A stretch of 56,086 nucleotides of DNA, from NCBI GenBank assembly GCA_025455395.1, contig JALOMO010000027.1:1-56086 (forward strand), given 5' to 3'. The stretch is from Bacteroidales bacterium. GTDB taxonomy: Bacteria > Bacteroidota > Bacteroidia > Bacteroidales > VadinHA17. The notes below the pieces were generated by a model. That model was not told where the DNA came from. It ran no database searches and worked only from the letters and a program-made list of their open reading frames with translations. The position numbers and the translations under genes were made by a program. Below are positions 36,828 through 46,586 of the stretch, piece after piece (within the stretch, counting starts at the first letter, position 1; every line of letters starts with the position of its first letter).

Positions 36828-39256
36828 CAGAATATCACAGAGATCCCGGCACTGAAGTTTATAACCGCCTGAGGAAAGAAATAAGCCCACGTCTTCTCAA
36901 TACCGTCTTCTTTCCACATGCCACCGTATGCATTGTTCTCATACAAACTATTGAAAACATTGTTTACCGCGAGGTGAAAGGCCATTTCTTCCACACCTTT
37001 AAAATATATCTTATAAGCAGCCGAAAAATTATTTACGAAATAGGGATTAATAATCCTGTTCTTGTTCATGGTGTTATCAAAGTACTGCTTACCTACATAC
37101 TTGCCTGTCAGTCTGAGCGACAATCTCTTCAACGGATTCACTTCTATCTCTGCTGACCCTGTCATGCGCGGAGAATAGGCTATATCAACAGTACCGAGGT
37201 CGGTATAAAGGTACTCCTCGCTCCAGTCAGCAGTGTTGTAATTATAATAGTAGTTCCTGAAATCCCTTATCCTGCTGCGGCTCATGGTGAGGTTCGCCTT
37301 CACTGCAACAATTGGAACGGGCCTGAAGCTTCCTGACAACTCTATGCCTGTCCTGAAACTCTCGGGCACATTTGTCATCACAGGATACCCGGTGTTGCTG
37401 ATCCTTCCTGTAGGGACGAGCTGGTCACGGTACTGCATATAGTAAAGATTGACACTGAGGGCCATTGAGCCGCTTCGGAAGCTGTAACCACCCTCAAAAT
37501 CGGTAAGCCTCTCTGGTTGAGGAGTGGCTTCATCATCACCTGCAGCTTCCTTGAAGTCAGACCGTGTCGGCTCCCGGTGAGCAACTGATACGGAAAGAAA
37601 TGCATCATTGCCGCTTCCGTCAGACCAGAAGAGGCCTGCCTTTGGATTGATGAACCTGAACAGATGGCTGGCGGTTAGGTCTTTCATATCATCATCAGCA
37701 CCGGTGAAACGGTAGTCAATCTGCCTGTACTGCATATCGGCAAAACCGCTGATACTGCCGGTAACTTTTAGAGTCACCTTCCCATAGATATTAAACTCAT
37801 CCTTGCGCCCGTTGTTGCTGTACCATTCGTATCCGGGGGTGACAGAACCCGGATATTCCATCCATATGATATTTCCGAAGTGATCACCGTCGTACCTGTT
37901 GAGGGCGCCGCCGAGGGTCCACTCAGCCGCAGTGCCGTACCTTACCAGCGACCATACTGCCCCGTAGAAGTTGTTGTCAAGCCATTTTCTCTGTACCATA
38001 TCGGTTTCTGTAACCTCAACCCCGTTATCAGTAAGTCCGTCCAGACCATATTCCGAAGGGTCACGGTCACTCTTCTGTTCTTCATAATACCCCAGGCCGG
38101 TCGTCAGATGAAGTGCCGCATTCAGAGCGAGCATCGAGCTGAACAAATGTGTATACGAAAGATGGTAATGGTTTTGCTTATAGTTGTCGGTCTCATCATC
38201 ATAGTATTGCACTTCACCATCACTGTCAGTGTATTCACCTGCAGGATTATATCTCCTGTTTACGCTGAGCATCTCCTGTGGTACGCCCCACCAGCTGATA
38301 CCTGTTCTTTCACTGCCTGTGATAAAATTAAATTTCAGCCTGTCAGAGGGTGCTGACCATATACCTGTTATCATGGCTGAGCTTATATCGGAGGCGCTCT
38401 TTTCAATATAACCGTCACTTGAAATATGAGATGCCCTGATCATCATGTTGAACCTCTCTCCCATGTCTCCGGTCCACGTCCTGGCCGAAGCCCTGAGGGT
38501 ATTGAATGATCCTGCAGACATTTCTGCTGATGCACCGGCTTCGGCTGGTGGCGTGATGGTACTTATATTCACTGATGCTCCGAATGCCCCGGCACCGTTT
38601 GTTGAGGTGCCCACGCCACGCTGTACCTGTACGCTTCCCGTCGACGAGGCAAGGTCAGGAAGATCAACCCAGAAGACCTGCTGCGATTCGGAATCATTGA
38701 GTGGTATGCCGTCAAGGGTGACATTTATTCTGCTTCCATCGGTACCGCGTATCCTTAGAGAGGTATACCCTATGCCGTTGCCGGCATCAGAGGTCTCCAC
38801 AACTGACGGAGTAAGTGAAAGAAGGAAGGGCATGTCTCTTGTCATATCATTCTTTCTGAGCTCTGATGCCTCCACAGTTGTATGTGCCATGGGAGTGCGG
38901 TTGCCGGCACGACTGCTTCTGACTATCACCTCCTCTGTAACGAACAGTGCCTCGTTCAAGACAGCATCAGCCACTGCATTGCCTTTTAAGACAACAGTTG
39001 TATCAAATGGTTCATAACCGGTAAATGTAATGCGCATTGAGTAACTCCCTTCCCTGAGACCCCGAAGGATATAGTTGCCGTCATTATCACTCGCAACACC
39101 AGCACCGAGGCTCTCAATTACCACTGAGGCGCCCGCAAGCGGATTACCCCCGGTGTCAGTTACCCGGCCTTTTATGAATCCACGGTACTGCTGTCCGGAT
39201 GTCTCAGCTGTGACTGTAATTGCAATTAATGCGAAAAAAATCAGACGCCTCATCAT
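36827..39256 (-). CDS. TonB-dependent receptor, likely for thiamine
   Basis: Signal peptide, plug motifs LRIRGTDGSRINVTLDGIPLND and VQRGVGTSTNG, C-terminal YFFPQA...F. First gene after the TPP riboswitch. Confidence 0.9.
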   Translation of the reverse strand: MMRRLIFFALIAITVTAETSGQQYRGFIKGRVTDTGGNPLAGASVVIESLGAGVASDNDGNYILRGLREGSYSMRITFTGYEPFDTTVVLKGNAVADAVLNEALFVTEEVIVRSSRAGNRTPMAHTTVEASELRKNDMTRDMPFLLSLTPSVVETSDAGNGIGYTSLRIRGTDGSRINVTLDGIPLNDSESQQVFWVDLPDLASSTGSVQVQRGVGTSTNGAGAFGASVNISTITPPAEAGASAEMSAGSFNTLRASARTWTGDMGERFNMMIRASHISSDGYIEKSASDISSAMITGIWSAPSDRLKFNFITGSERTGISWWGVPQEMLSVNRRYNPAGEYTDSDGEVQYYDDETDNYKQNHYHLSYTHLFSSMLALNAALHLTTGLGYYEEQKSDRDPSEYGLDGLTDNGVEVTETDMVQRKWLDNNFYGAVWSLVRYGTAAEWTLGGALNRYDGDHFGNIIWMEYPGSVTPGYEWYSNNGRKDEFNIYGKVTLKVTGSISGFADMQYRQIDYRFTGADDDMKDLTASHLFRFINPKAGLFWSDGSGNDAFLSVSVAHREPTRSDFKEAAGDDEATPQPERLTDFEGGYSFRSGSMALSVNLYYMQYRDQLVPTGRISNTGYPVMTNVPESFRTGIELSGSFRPVPIVAVKANLTMSRSRIRDFRNYYYNYNTADWSEEYLYTDLGTVDIAYSPRMTGSAEIEVNPLKRLSLRLTGKYVGKQYFDNTMNKNRIINPYFVNNFSAAYKIYFKGVEEMAFHLAVNNVFNSLYENNAYGGMWKEDGIEKTWAYFFPQAVINFSAGISVIF

Positions 39257-39321
39257 AGCACTTACAAATTAACTCTTCAACTGTCAGAAGTAAGGGTGGA
39301 TCACCAAGCCGGAAATGATTA

Positions 39322-39400
39322 CTCTTTTCCCTACGCCGGCATTACCCGGATCAGGTTATAAGGGTATGATCTCAGCCTGTTATTTAAGGCACCCCGATTC
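39322..39400 (-). ncRNA. TPP riboswitch
   Basis: Minus strand reads GGGGTGCC...GGCTGAGATCATACCC...AACCTGATCCGGGTAATGCCGGCGTAGGGAA, the canonical THI-box core. A TACCTTTG -7 box lies at 39408-39415. Confidence 0.95.
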
Positions 39401-39505
39401 GACATCACAAAGGTACAACGGTTATTGGAAATAACCAAAAATTCGACCTTAAGCCACATTGTCTGTAATTTGTATATTTGTTGCTGATAAGTCAGAAGCA
39501 GACAG

Positions 39506-39913
39506 ATGGACGATATACTCAGAAAGCTCAGGTACACAGACCAGGAGCGTATTGCAATACTTAACGCACCTGCCGGTTTTATAAAGAGGATGGAGAAGCT
39601 TCTTCCCGGCGTTCAGGTTGACACTGCCATCAACGCCCGTTACCTGTATAATTTTATGGTCGCATTTACCCCAGGGTCAGAGGATGTTAAAATGCTGGGG
39701 CCCTCATGCATTCATAACCTTGGCAGCGACGGCAAGCTCTGGATGGTATATCCTAAAGGAACTTCAAAAAAGATCACCTCAGATATAAACCGTGACAAAG
39801 GATGGGAACCGATAGCTGAGGCAGGCTTCAGGGCGGTGAGCCAGGTGGCGGTTGACAATGACTGGTCAGCGCTCAGATTCAGGAACTTAAAGTATGTCAA
39901 ATCGAAAAAATAA
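39506..39913 (+). CDS. Hypothetical protein (DUF3052-like)
   Basis: LWMVYPKGTSK, DINRDKGW and VAVDNDWSALRFR motifs. TATATTTG -7 box at 39473-39480. Confidence 0.75.
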   Translation: MDDILRKLRYTDQERIAILNAPAGFIKRMEKLLPGVQVDTAINARYLYNFMVAFTPGSEDVKMLGPSCIHNLGSDGKLWMVYPKGTSKKITSDINRDKGWEPIAEAGFRAVSQVAVDNDWSALRFRNLKYVKSKK

Positions 39914-39925
39914 AGATAGCAGATA

Positions 39926-41425
39926 ATGAAACTATGGCTGCCTGCTTTAGTGATGATGGCATGTTTCTCATGTTGCAATGACAGGAATGAAAAGCTCTAT
40001 CCCGGGTCGCTGGTCTTTCCTGTACAACCTACCCAGGGAGTGAAGGAAGCCATGGCCGCACGAGTCGTTCCTCATCAGAGGCAGCTGGAGTGGCAACAGC
40101 TTGAGATGACTGCCTTCCTGCATTTTTCGGTAAACACTTTTACTGACAGGGAGTGGGGTGCCGGTGACGAGTCACCGGCCCTGTTCAATCCTGTGTCTCT
40201 TGACACCGACCAGTGGGTAAGAGTGCTGCAGGAGGCAGGAATGAAGATGGTTATTATAACGGCCAAGCATCACGACGGCTTCTGCCTCTGGCCAACAAAA
40301 ACGACGTCCCATTCTGTGGCCTCAAGCCCATGGAAGGAAGGGAAGGGCGATGTGATCAGGGAGCTTAAGGATGCATGTGATAAATACGGCATGAAGTTCG
40401 GCGTTTACCTCTCTCCATGGGACAGAAATGCGGAGAGCTACGGCAATTCTCCTGCTTACAACCGTTTCTACATCGAGCAGCTCACAGAACTGCTCACATG
40501 GTATGGCAAAGTAGACGAGGTGTGGTTTGACGGTGCCAACGGCGAGGGCCCTGACGGTCGCACACAGATATATGACTGGCAGGCTTTCTATGACCTCATC
40601 CGTAAGCTGCAGCCTGACGCTGTGACGGCTATTATGGGTGAAGATGTGAGATGGGTTGGTACTGAATCAGGTTACGGACGTGAAACAGAATGGAGCGTGA
40701 CTGCCCTTGCCCCCGGCGGTACCACGGAGAGCCTTGCCATAAACGAATCGCTGGGGATAGATGCCATGTCACGCGATCTGGGCAGCAGCGAACTTCTGCA
40801 AAAGGCAGGAAGTGTGTACTGGTACCCTGCCGAAGTCGATGTCTCGATCCGCCCGGGATGGTTCTGGCATGCATCACAGGACAGCCTGGTCAAGGATGTT
40901 GAAAAACTTATCGATATATATTTCAGCTCTGTCGGACGCAATGCCGTGCTGCTCCTGAATGTGCCTCCTGACAACCGCGGGCTTATTCATGAAAATGATA
41001 TCAGAAGCCTTCTTGGAATGAGAGCATGGCTTGATGACCTGTATGGCACCGACCTGCTCAAAGGCTCACGACCTTATGGCCGGGGAGCCTCTAATGCAAC
41101 TGATGGTGACAATACTACTTCATGGAGCCCGAAACGATCATATGTGGCCTCATTCGTGCCTGCAATAGTTGCCAGGTTCGATGTGGCCATGCTGCAGGAG
41201 GATATAACCAGGGGCCAAAGGGTGGAGAAATTCGTTATTGAAGCACGCTCAGACAATCAGTGGGACACAATTGCCACAGGTACAACCATTGGATATAAGA
41301 GGCTTTTGCGGTTTCCTCCGGTGAAAGCGGATGAGATAAGACTCTCAATAACCTCCTCAAGGGCGATGCCTCACATAAGTACTTTCGCTCTCTTCCTGTC
41401 TCCTGAAAACGAAAGTGAGGATTAA
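39926..41425 (+). CDS. Alpha-L-fucosidase (GH29) with C-terminal F5/8-type domain, probable lipoprotein
   Basis: FLHF, TAKHHDGFCLWP, YLSPWD, nucleophile VWFDGA, SIRPGWF, LLNVPP, TTIGYKR. Confidence 0.92.
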   Translation: MKLWLPALVMMACFSCCNDRNEKLYPGSLVFPVQPTQGVKEAMAARVVPHQRQLEWQQLEMTAFLHFSVNTFTDREWGAGDESPALFNPVSLDTDQWVRVLQEAGMKMVIITAKHHDGFCLWPTKTTSHSVASSPWKEGKGDVIRELKDACDKYGMKFGVYLSPWDRNAESYGNSPAYNRFYIEQLTELLTWYGKVDEVWFDGANGEGPDGRTQIYDWQAFYDLIRKLQPDAVTAIMGEDVRWVGTESGYGRETEWSVTALAPGGTTESLAINESLGIDAMSRDLGSSELLQKAGSVYWYPAEVDVSIRPGWFWHASQDSLVKDVEKLIDIYFSSVGRNAVLLLNVPPDNRGLIHENDIRSLLGMRAWLDDLYGTDLLKGSRPYGRGASNATDGDNTTSWSPKRSYVASFVPAIVARFDVAMLQEDITRGQRVEKFVIEARSDNQWDTIATGTTIGYKRLLRFPPVKADEIRLSITSSRAMPHISTFALFLSPENESED

Positions 41426-41507
41426 AAAAGGTTGCCACGCATCACAAGGGCAAAATGGTACATTTCTTGTATTACTCCAACGGGTAAACATTTAAAAATA
41501 ATTACAT

Positions 41508-42068
41508 ATGAAAGTACTGGCAATAATAGCCATCTCCTTGCTGCTACCAGTGGCGGGTATGGCACAGTATGATGAACCTCTTGCAAAAGAGGATAAAAAG
41601 GCACTGAAGAAGCAGGAGAAGGAGATGTTCGAAAAGATGCTTATTGTTAATACCTCAGAGTCTATAAAGGCCAGATATTTTGTCCTTAAGGCTGACGAGA
41701 TAAGGGGACGCGGTGGAAACCTCATAAATGTAAATTCAAGTATAAACTTCGTAGCCGTTGAAGGCGAAGAGGCATATGTGCAGATGGGGTCGGAATCAGG
41801 ACTGGGTTACAATGGTGTAGGAGGTATAACAATTAAAGGTAAGATTGCCTCATTCAAGGTTGAGCAGAAGGGAAAGCACAAAACATATAACATTGTAATG
41901 CAAACGGTCTCCTCTTCTGGCAGCCTGACGATCATGATGAATATAAATGCTACCGGCGAGATGGCCTCTGCAGTGGTATCATCAAACTGGGGCGGACGTG
42001 TCGAATTCAGCGGATATCTTGTTCCTTTGCAGGGATCAAAGATATACAAGGGGTCTGAGACCTTCTGA
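41508..42068 (+). CDS. Secreted protein (DUF4251-like)
   Basis: Signal peptide, lysine-rich helix, GYNGVGGIT motif. Confidence 0.7.
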   Translation: MKVLAIIAISLLLPVAGMAQYDEPLAKEDKKALKKQEKEMFEKMLIVNTSESIKARYFVLKADEIRGRGGNLINVNSSINFVAVEGEEAYVQMGSESGLGYNGVGGITIKGKIASFKVEQKGKHKTYNIVMQTVSSSGSLTIMMNINATGEMASAVVSSNWGGRVEFSGYLVPLQGSKIYKGSETF

Positions 42069-42169
42069 CAGCAAACAGAGACATATAAAGGAGCATACTA
42101 AAATCGATGGCATCATGCCCTGAGGTAGATTCTATCCGTGTAGTCAAGCCTGCATGGGACAGAGGAAGG

Positions 42170-42766
42170 TTACCGACGTCCATTCTTTGACATTCGGGTC
42201 ATCAGCCAGCCACGCTGCCGTTCCTCCTCCGATTTATGGAAAATATCCCTGTTGACATACTTGATGGCCTCAACTGTATATAATGCACGGGGATTGTTCT
42301 TATTGATGATACTGAGAACATCCTTAATCATGCTCCGGCGAACGATAAGATATATCACAGCCACTTCACCGTCAATTCCTTCTGCCCTGACCGAAGTGAC
42401 CCCATACCCTTTTTCCCTGAGCTCGTTGATAAGATTGGTTGCGTCTTTGCGTGTGATGACTCTTACCATTTCATGGCCAATAGCCAGTTTCTCCTCGATA
42501 AGCATCCCAATGAAGTTCCCGGAAGCAAATCCGGCGGCGTATGCGACATAGCACACCCAGTTATCAAGATTCTGCATGATACGGCTTATGGCAATGATCC
42601 ATATCAGAACCTCAACGAAACCAACCAGCGGGGCGATATGTCGCATGCCCTTTGTAACGAAGATGATCCTCAGAGTTCCCAATGAAACGTCAATGATTCG
42701 TGCCACAAAGATGAAAAGGGGCAACAGTATGAAGGTAAATACCTCCGAGTTGATGAATTCCGACAT
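42170..42766 (-). CDS. DUF2179/UPF0316-family membrane protein
   Basis: ARIIDVSLGTLR, GFVEVLIW, YAAGFASGN, EEKLAIG, LREKGYGVT. Confidence 0.85.
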   Translation of the reverse strand: MSEFINSEVFTFILLPLFIFVARIIDVSLGTLRIIFVTKGMRHIAPLVGFVEVLIWIIAISRIMQNLDNWVCYVAYAAGFASGNFIGMLIEEKLAIGHEMVRVITRKDATNLINELREKGYGVTSVRAEGIDGEVAVIYLIVRRSMIKDVLSIINKNNPRALYTVEAIKYVNRDIFHKSEEERQRGWLMTRMSKNGRR

Positions 42767-42835
42767 AATTGGAGTAATGCTTACAGTTGCTAAGATATGA
42801 CTATTTTTGGAACGGGTAATTCAATAACCTGACAC

Positions 42836-43969
42836 ATGAGAAGAGCTAACCGATCATTTTCACTTGCAGCAGCCTTCCTTCCCTGTATGCTCGTTGCACA
42901 ACAGCCTGACACTGTCATCACACTTCTCTTTGCCGGTGATATCATGTGTCACGAGATGCAGCTTTCATCAGCACTTGATGATTCAACCGGCAGTTACAGC
43001 TTTGATGATGTCTTTGGTTATATAGCCCCGATCATCAGTGAGGCAGACATAGCCATTGGAAATCTTGAGGTAACACTTGGAGGCGCTCCCTATACCGGTT
43101 ATCCGGCCTTCAGTGCACCTGATGCTCTGGCAGCGTCATGCCAGAAAGCCGGGTTTGATATCCTTGTTACCGCCAACAACCACAGCGCTGATCGAAGGAG
43201 TACAGGCATTACCCGTACCTTAAAGGTTCTTGACAGCCTAGGTATACCTCACACCGGAACGTGGGTGAGCAGTGCAGCCCGTGACACTCTGTCTCCTCTG
43301 ATGATATCAGAGAACGGTATACGTATTGCCATCATCAACTATACTTACGGCACCAATGGCATTGTGGTCAACCCTCCGCCGGTAGTGGCTTATATTGATA
43401 CCCTGCGCATCGCCGGTGATGTCATAAAAGCAAGGGAGAAAAATGCAGACATAAAAATAGTCTTCGTTCACTGGGGTAATGAGTATGACACTCTACCCTC
43501 CCCTGCGCAAAAGAAGACGGCACAGGCAATCTTCCGCGCTGGCGCTGATATGATAATCGGATCACATCCTCATGTCATTCAACCAATGACTTATCTGACA
43601 GACTCATCAGGTGTGTCACGCCCGGTGGTTTGGTCTATGGGCAATTTCGTCTCAAACCAGCGCCGCAGAAGAACAGACGGAGGAGCAATGACAAGGTTCG
43701 AACTCACGAAGAGCAACGGTGAAGTAAAAGTAACCTCCTCAGGCTACATGCTTACCTGGGTTTATACTCCGACGATCAACGGCAAAAGACAATTCCGGAT
43801 TCTACCCTGCTCAGTGTATGAGGGTAATCCGGAATTCTTCCAGTCTCCCTCAGATTACACAGCAATGAAGTTGTTTTTAAATGACGCTCGCAGACTGCTG
43901 TACGAATCAAATATCGGGTTCAGGGAACTGATAAATGCAGGTGATAGCTGGATTGAGGTGGCCAGATAG
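42836..43969 (+). CDS. CapA/PgsA-family metallophosphoesterase-like protein
   Basis: FAGDIM, GNLE, ANNHSAD, VHWGNEY, GSHPHV, SMGNFVSNQ. Confidence 0.88.
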   Translation: MRRANRSFSLAAAFLPCMLVAQQPDTVITLLFAGDIMCHEMQLSSALDDSTGSYSFDDVFGYIAPIISEADIAIGNLEVTLGGAPYTGYPAFSAPDALAASCQKAGFDILVTANNHSADRRSTGITRTLKVLDSLGIPHTGTWVSSAARDTLSPLMISENGIRIAIINYTYGTNGIVVNPPPVVAYIDTLRIAGDVIKAREKNADIKIVFVHWGNEYDTLPSPAQKKTAQAIFRAGADMIIGSHPHVIQPMTYLTDSSGVSRPVVWSMGNFVSNQRRRRTDGGAMTRFELTKSNGEVKVTSSGYMLTWVYTPTINGKRQFRILPCSVYEGNPEFFQSPSDYTAMKLFLNDARRLLYESNIGFRELINAGDSWIEVAR

Positions 43970-44014
43970 CAGTGAACGGATTATTTATATCTTTGCCTTA
44001 TCATATCTGATTTC

Positions 44015-44725
44015 ATGGAGGGGTCAATCTTACTTCTTAGCGGTACAGCAGTAACAATAGGGTTTGTTCATACTCTTATTGGTCCTGACCATTATCTGCC
44101 TTTCATTGTTATGGGTGAAGCCAGAAAATGGAGTATCCGTAAAACTTTATTCATTACATTCCTCTGCGGTCTCGGACATGTCCTCAGCTCGGTGATTGTG
44201 GGCTTCATCGGTATTGCGGCAGGATTATCCCTTTCAAGACTTGAGTTCTTTGAGTCATTCAGGGGAAATATTGCAGCATGGGTGCTTATTAGTTTTGGAC
44301 TTGTGTATACCCTTATCAGCTTACGAAGCCTATACCGTAAAAGGAAACATGCACATCTGCACAGTCACACTGACAGCATTGTTCATGAACATGAACATGA
44401 TCATTTCAGCGGACACTCACACATCCACCTTTCTGACAGGAAGAATCTTACCCCATGGATTCTCTTCCTGATATTTGTCCTCGGTCCATGTGAACCTCTG
44501 ATACCTTTGCTTATGTATCCGGCCGCAGAGAATAATTTTAGTGGTGTTGTCCTGGTCTCTGCACTCTTTTCTGTCGCTACAATAGGCACAATGATGGCGG
44601 TGGTGCTGGCGTTCAGGCTTGGACTTAGCCATATTAACATGAAGCCCGTAGAACGCTATGTAAATGTCATTGCCGGCTCCACAATTGTCGTTTCAGGACT
44701 GGCTATACAACTCCTCGGACTCTGA
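44015..44725 (+). CDS. His-rich Ni/Co transporter-like membrane protein (UreH/RcnA-like)
   Basis: HTLIGPDH, GLGHVLSS, His-rich loop HAHLHSH...HEHEHDH...HSHIH, GPCEP. TATCTTTG box at 43988-43995. Confidence 0.75.
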   Translation: MEGSILLLSGTAVTIGFVHTLIGPDHYLPFIVMGEARKWSIRKTLFITFLCGLGHVLSSVIVGFIGIAAGLSLSRLEFFESFRGNIAAWVLISFGLVYTLISLRSLYRKRKHAHLHSHTDSIVHEHEHDHFSGHSHIHLSDRKNLTPWILFLIFVLGPCEPLIPLLMYPAAENNFSGVVLVSALFSVATIGTMMAVVLAFRLGLSHINMKPVERYVNVIAGSTIVVSGLAIQLLGL

Positions 44726-44845
44726 CTGAGGTAACAGGGCATTCGGTCTTTGTGCAAAAAGAAGGTCTGAGGTTGTTTCATATCTCTGGCAAACAGAGGA
44801 TCATAAAGACAAATAATATTAGTAGTTTTGCCAAAATTTCAATTG

Positions 44846-45511
44846 ATGAGTTTCGATTACAATACACAGCGGAAAAGGATGGCCCTGCCAGAATATGGAA
44901 GGAATGTTCTGAAGATGATAGAGCATATCAAAACTATAGAGGATACGGAAGAAAGAAACAGGGCTGCCCGCACGGTTATACAGATAATGGGAAATCTGAA
45001 TCCTAACCTCAGGGATGTTACTGATTTCAGGCACAAGCTCTGGGATCATCTGATGATAATTGCTGATTTTGACCTGACAGTCGACTCTCCTTATACTCCC
45101 CCTGACAGGAACAAACTAAATGCCAAGCCAAACAGGGTGCCATACCACAACGGCGAGACAAAATACGCTCATTATGGCCAGATAGTACCTTCCCTTATAG
45201 AGGCTGCAGCTGCCATGGACGATGGAGAGGAGAAAGACTATCTTACAACCCTCATCCTTAACCAGATGAAGAAAGATTATCTCACCTGGAATAAGGCACA
45301 GGTTGCAGATGAACTAATAATCAGAGATCTCTCTGACATTTCCGGAGGACGCCTGAAGGTCCCTGAGAACTTCAGGATGGCAGACATAAAAGAGCTACTT
45401 GTACAACCTAAAAGCAAAACACAGCAGGGAAGGTATCAGGGAAGGCCGCAGGATAAGTATATGGGCAGGTCAGGAAAGATGGGAAAGAAAAAACATAAAA
45501 ACGGCCACTAG
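44846..45511 (+). CDS. DUF4290-family protein
   Basis: YNTQR, LPEYGRN, HKLWDHL, YLTWNK and a basic tail. Start at 44846 after a TAGTTTTG box (44823-44830). Confidence 0.8.
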   Translation: MSFDYNTQRKRMALPEYGRNVLKMIEHIKTIEDTEERNRAARTVIQIMGNLNPNLRDVTDFRHKLWDHLMIIADFDLTVDSPYTPPDRNKLNAKPNRVPYHNGETKYAHYGQIVPSLIEAAAAMDDGEEKDYLTTLILNQMKKDYLTWNKAQVADELIIRDLSDISGGRLKVPENFRMADIKELLVQPKSKTQQGRYQGRPQDKYMGRSGKMGKKKHKNGH

Positions 45512-45515
45512 AACT

Positions 45516-45899
45516 ATGAACATTACCTCAGTAAACACATATGATGCTGCACTGCCGGGAGGTCATTACTCTCAGGCAGTAGTAGTGGGGAATATTATTT
45601 TCGTATCAGGTCAGCTACCCGTCAAACCTCTGACAGGCGACAAGTTGGAGGACGACATAAGTGAACAGACCCTTCAGGCACTAAATAATGTTTTAAATAT
45701 TGTCAAGGCTGCAGGAGGCGATATCACCACCATTGCCAGGACCACCATTTACACTGTCGATGTAAAACACTGGGAGGAGATAAACAGGGTTTATGCCTCA
45801 TTTTTTGGCCCTGTTAAGCCGGCCCGGTCAATCCTCACCGTTGCAGGTCTCCATCATGGCTTCCTCGTGGAGATTGAGGCAGTAGCCTTCACTCTATAA
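45516..45899 (+). CDS. RidA/YjgF-family reactive intermediate deaminase
   Basis: GHYSQA, FVSGQLP, INRVY, PARS (catalytic Arg), VEIEAVA. Confidence 0.88.
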   Translation: MNITSVNTYDAALPGGHYSQAVVVGNIIFVSGQLPVKPLTGDKLEDDISEQTLQALNNVLNIVKAAGGDITTIARTTIYTVDVKHWEEINRVYASFFGPVKPARSILTVAGLHHGFLVEIEAVAFTL

Positions 45900-45902
45900 T
45901 AT

Positions 45903-45942
45903 TGACACTTTGTCATGTTTGTTATTATGGCCGGCATTTTGT
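45903..45942 (+). promoter_or_regulatory. TGACA-N3-TGTCA inverted repeat plus sigma54-like -24/-12 promoter upstream of grpE
   Basis: TGACActtTGTCA at 45903-45915. TGGCCGGCATTTTGT at 45928-45942 matches TGGCACG-N4-TTGC spacing. Confidence 0.5.
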
Positions 45943-45972
45943 TAAAAGGCCAATAGTAAAAATCTTTCTATC

Positions 45973-46563
45973 ATGGTGAAAAAGAAGAGTCACGAAGAGA
46001 GTCATAACGAGTCTGTATCAGGAGATAATAGTGCTGTAAACAAGACGGCTACGGAGGCAGATGCCACAGAAACGAATGCCGCCACTGAGGAGGGCTCACC
46101 TGCAGGTGAAAATGTACAAATTGATGAACTAAAAGTAAAACTGACAGAAATGCAGGATAAATACCTGCGTCTCTCAGCAGAATTTGACAACTACAGAAAG
46201 AGGACTCTGCGTGAAAAAATTGAACTGACCAAAGCTGCAGGAGAAGGTGTTTTGGTAACCATCCTGCCGGTCATTGATGATTTTGACAGGGCTATGAATT
46301 CTTTACGTGATACTGAAAACTGTACTGCCGTTAAGGAAGGCCTTCAGCTTATCTATAATAAGATGGGCGACTTCCTGAGGCAAAACGGCGTCAGCCAGAT
46401 GGATGTACTTGATACACCTTTCAATGCTGATATCCATGAAGCTGTCACCAACATTGCTGTTGAGGATGAGGCAAAAAAAGGAAAGGTTATTGATGTCATC
46501 GTGAAGGGATACATGCTCAATGATAAAGTGATCCGCTTCCCGAAAGTGGTCGTCGGAGAATAA
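45973..46563 (+). CDS. grpE: Nucleotide exchange factor GrpE
   Basis: YLRLSAEFDNYRKRT, LPVIDDFDRA, HEAV, KGYMLNDKVIR. Confidence 0.96.
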   Translation: MVKKKSHEESHNESVSGDNSAVNKTATEADATETNAATEEGSPAGENVQIDELKVKLTEMQDKYLRLSAEFDNYRKRTLREKIELTKAAGEGVLVTILPVIDDFDRAMNSLRDTENCTAVKEGLQLIYNKMGDFLRQNGVSQMDVLDTPFNADIHEAVTNIAVEDEAKKGKVIDVIVKGYMLNDKVIRFPKVVVGE

Positions 46564-46586
46564 GTAAGTAGCGGATAACCAAAAAG

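Noticed and set aside
39331-39537. 68-aa minus-strand ORF as a leader peptide
   Set aside because: It runs through the promoter and the TPP aptamer and begins upstream of the predicted transcription start.
42836-43969. Poly-gamma-glutamate capsule locus
   Set aside because: Only a CapA-family gene is present, with no capB or capC. Stand-alone CapA homologues are widespread.
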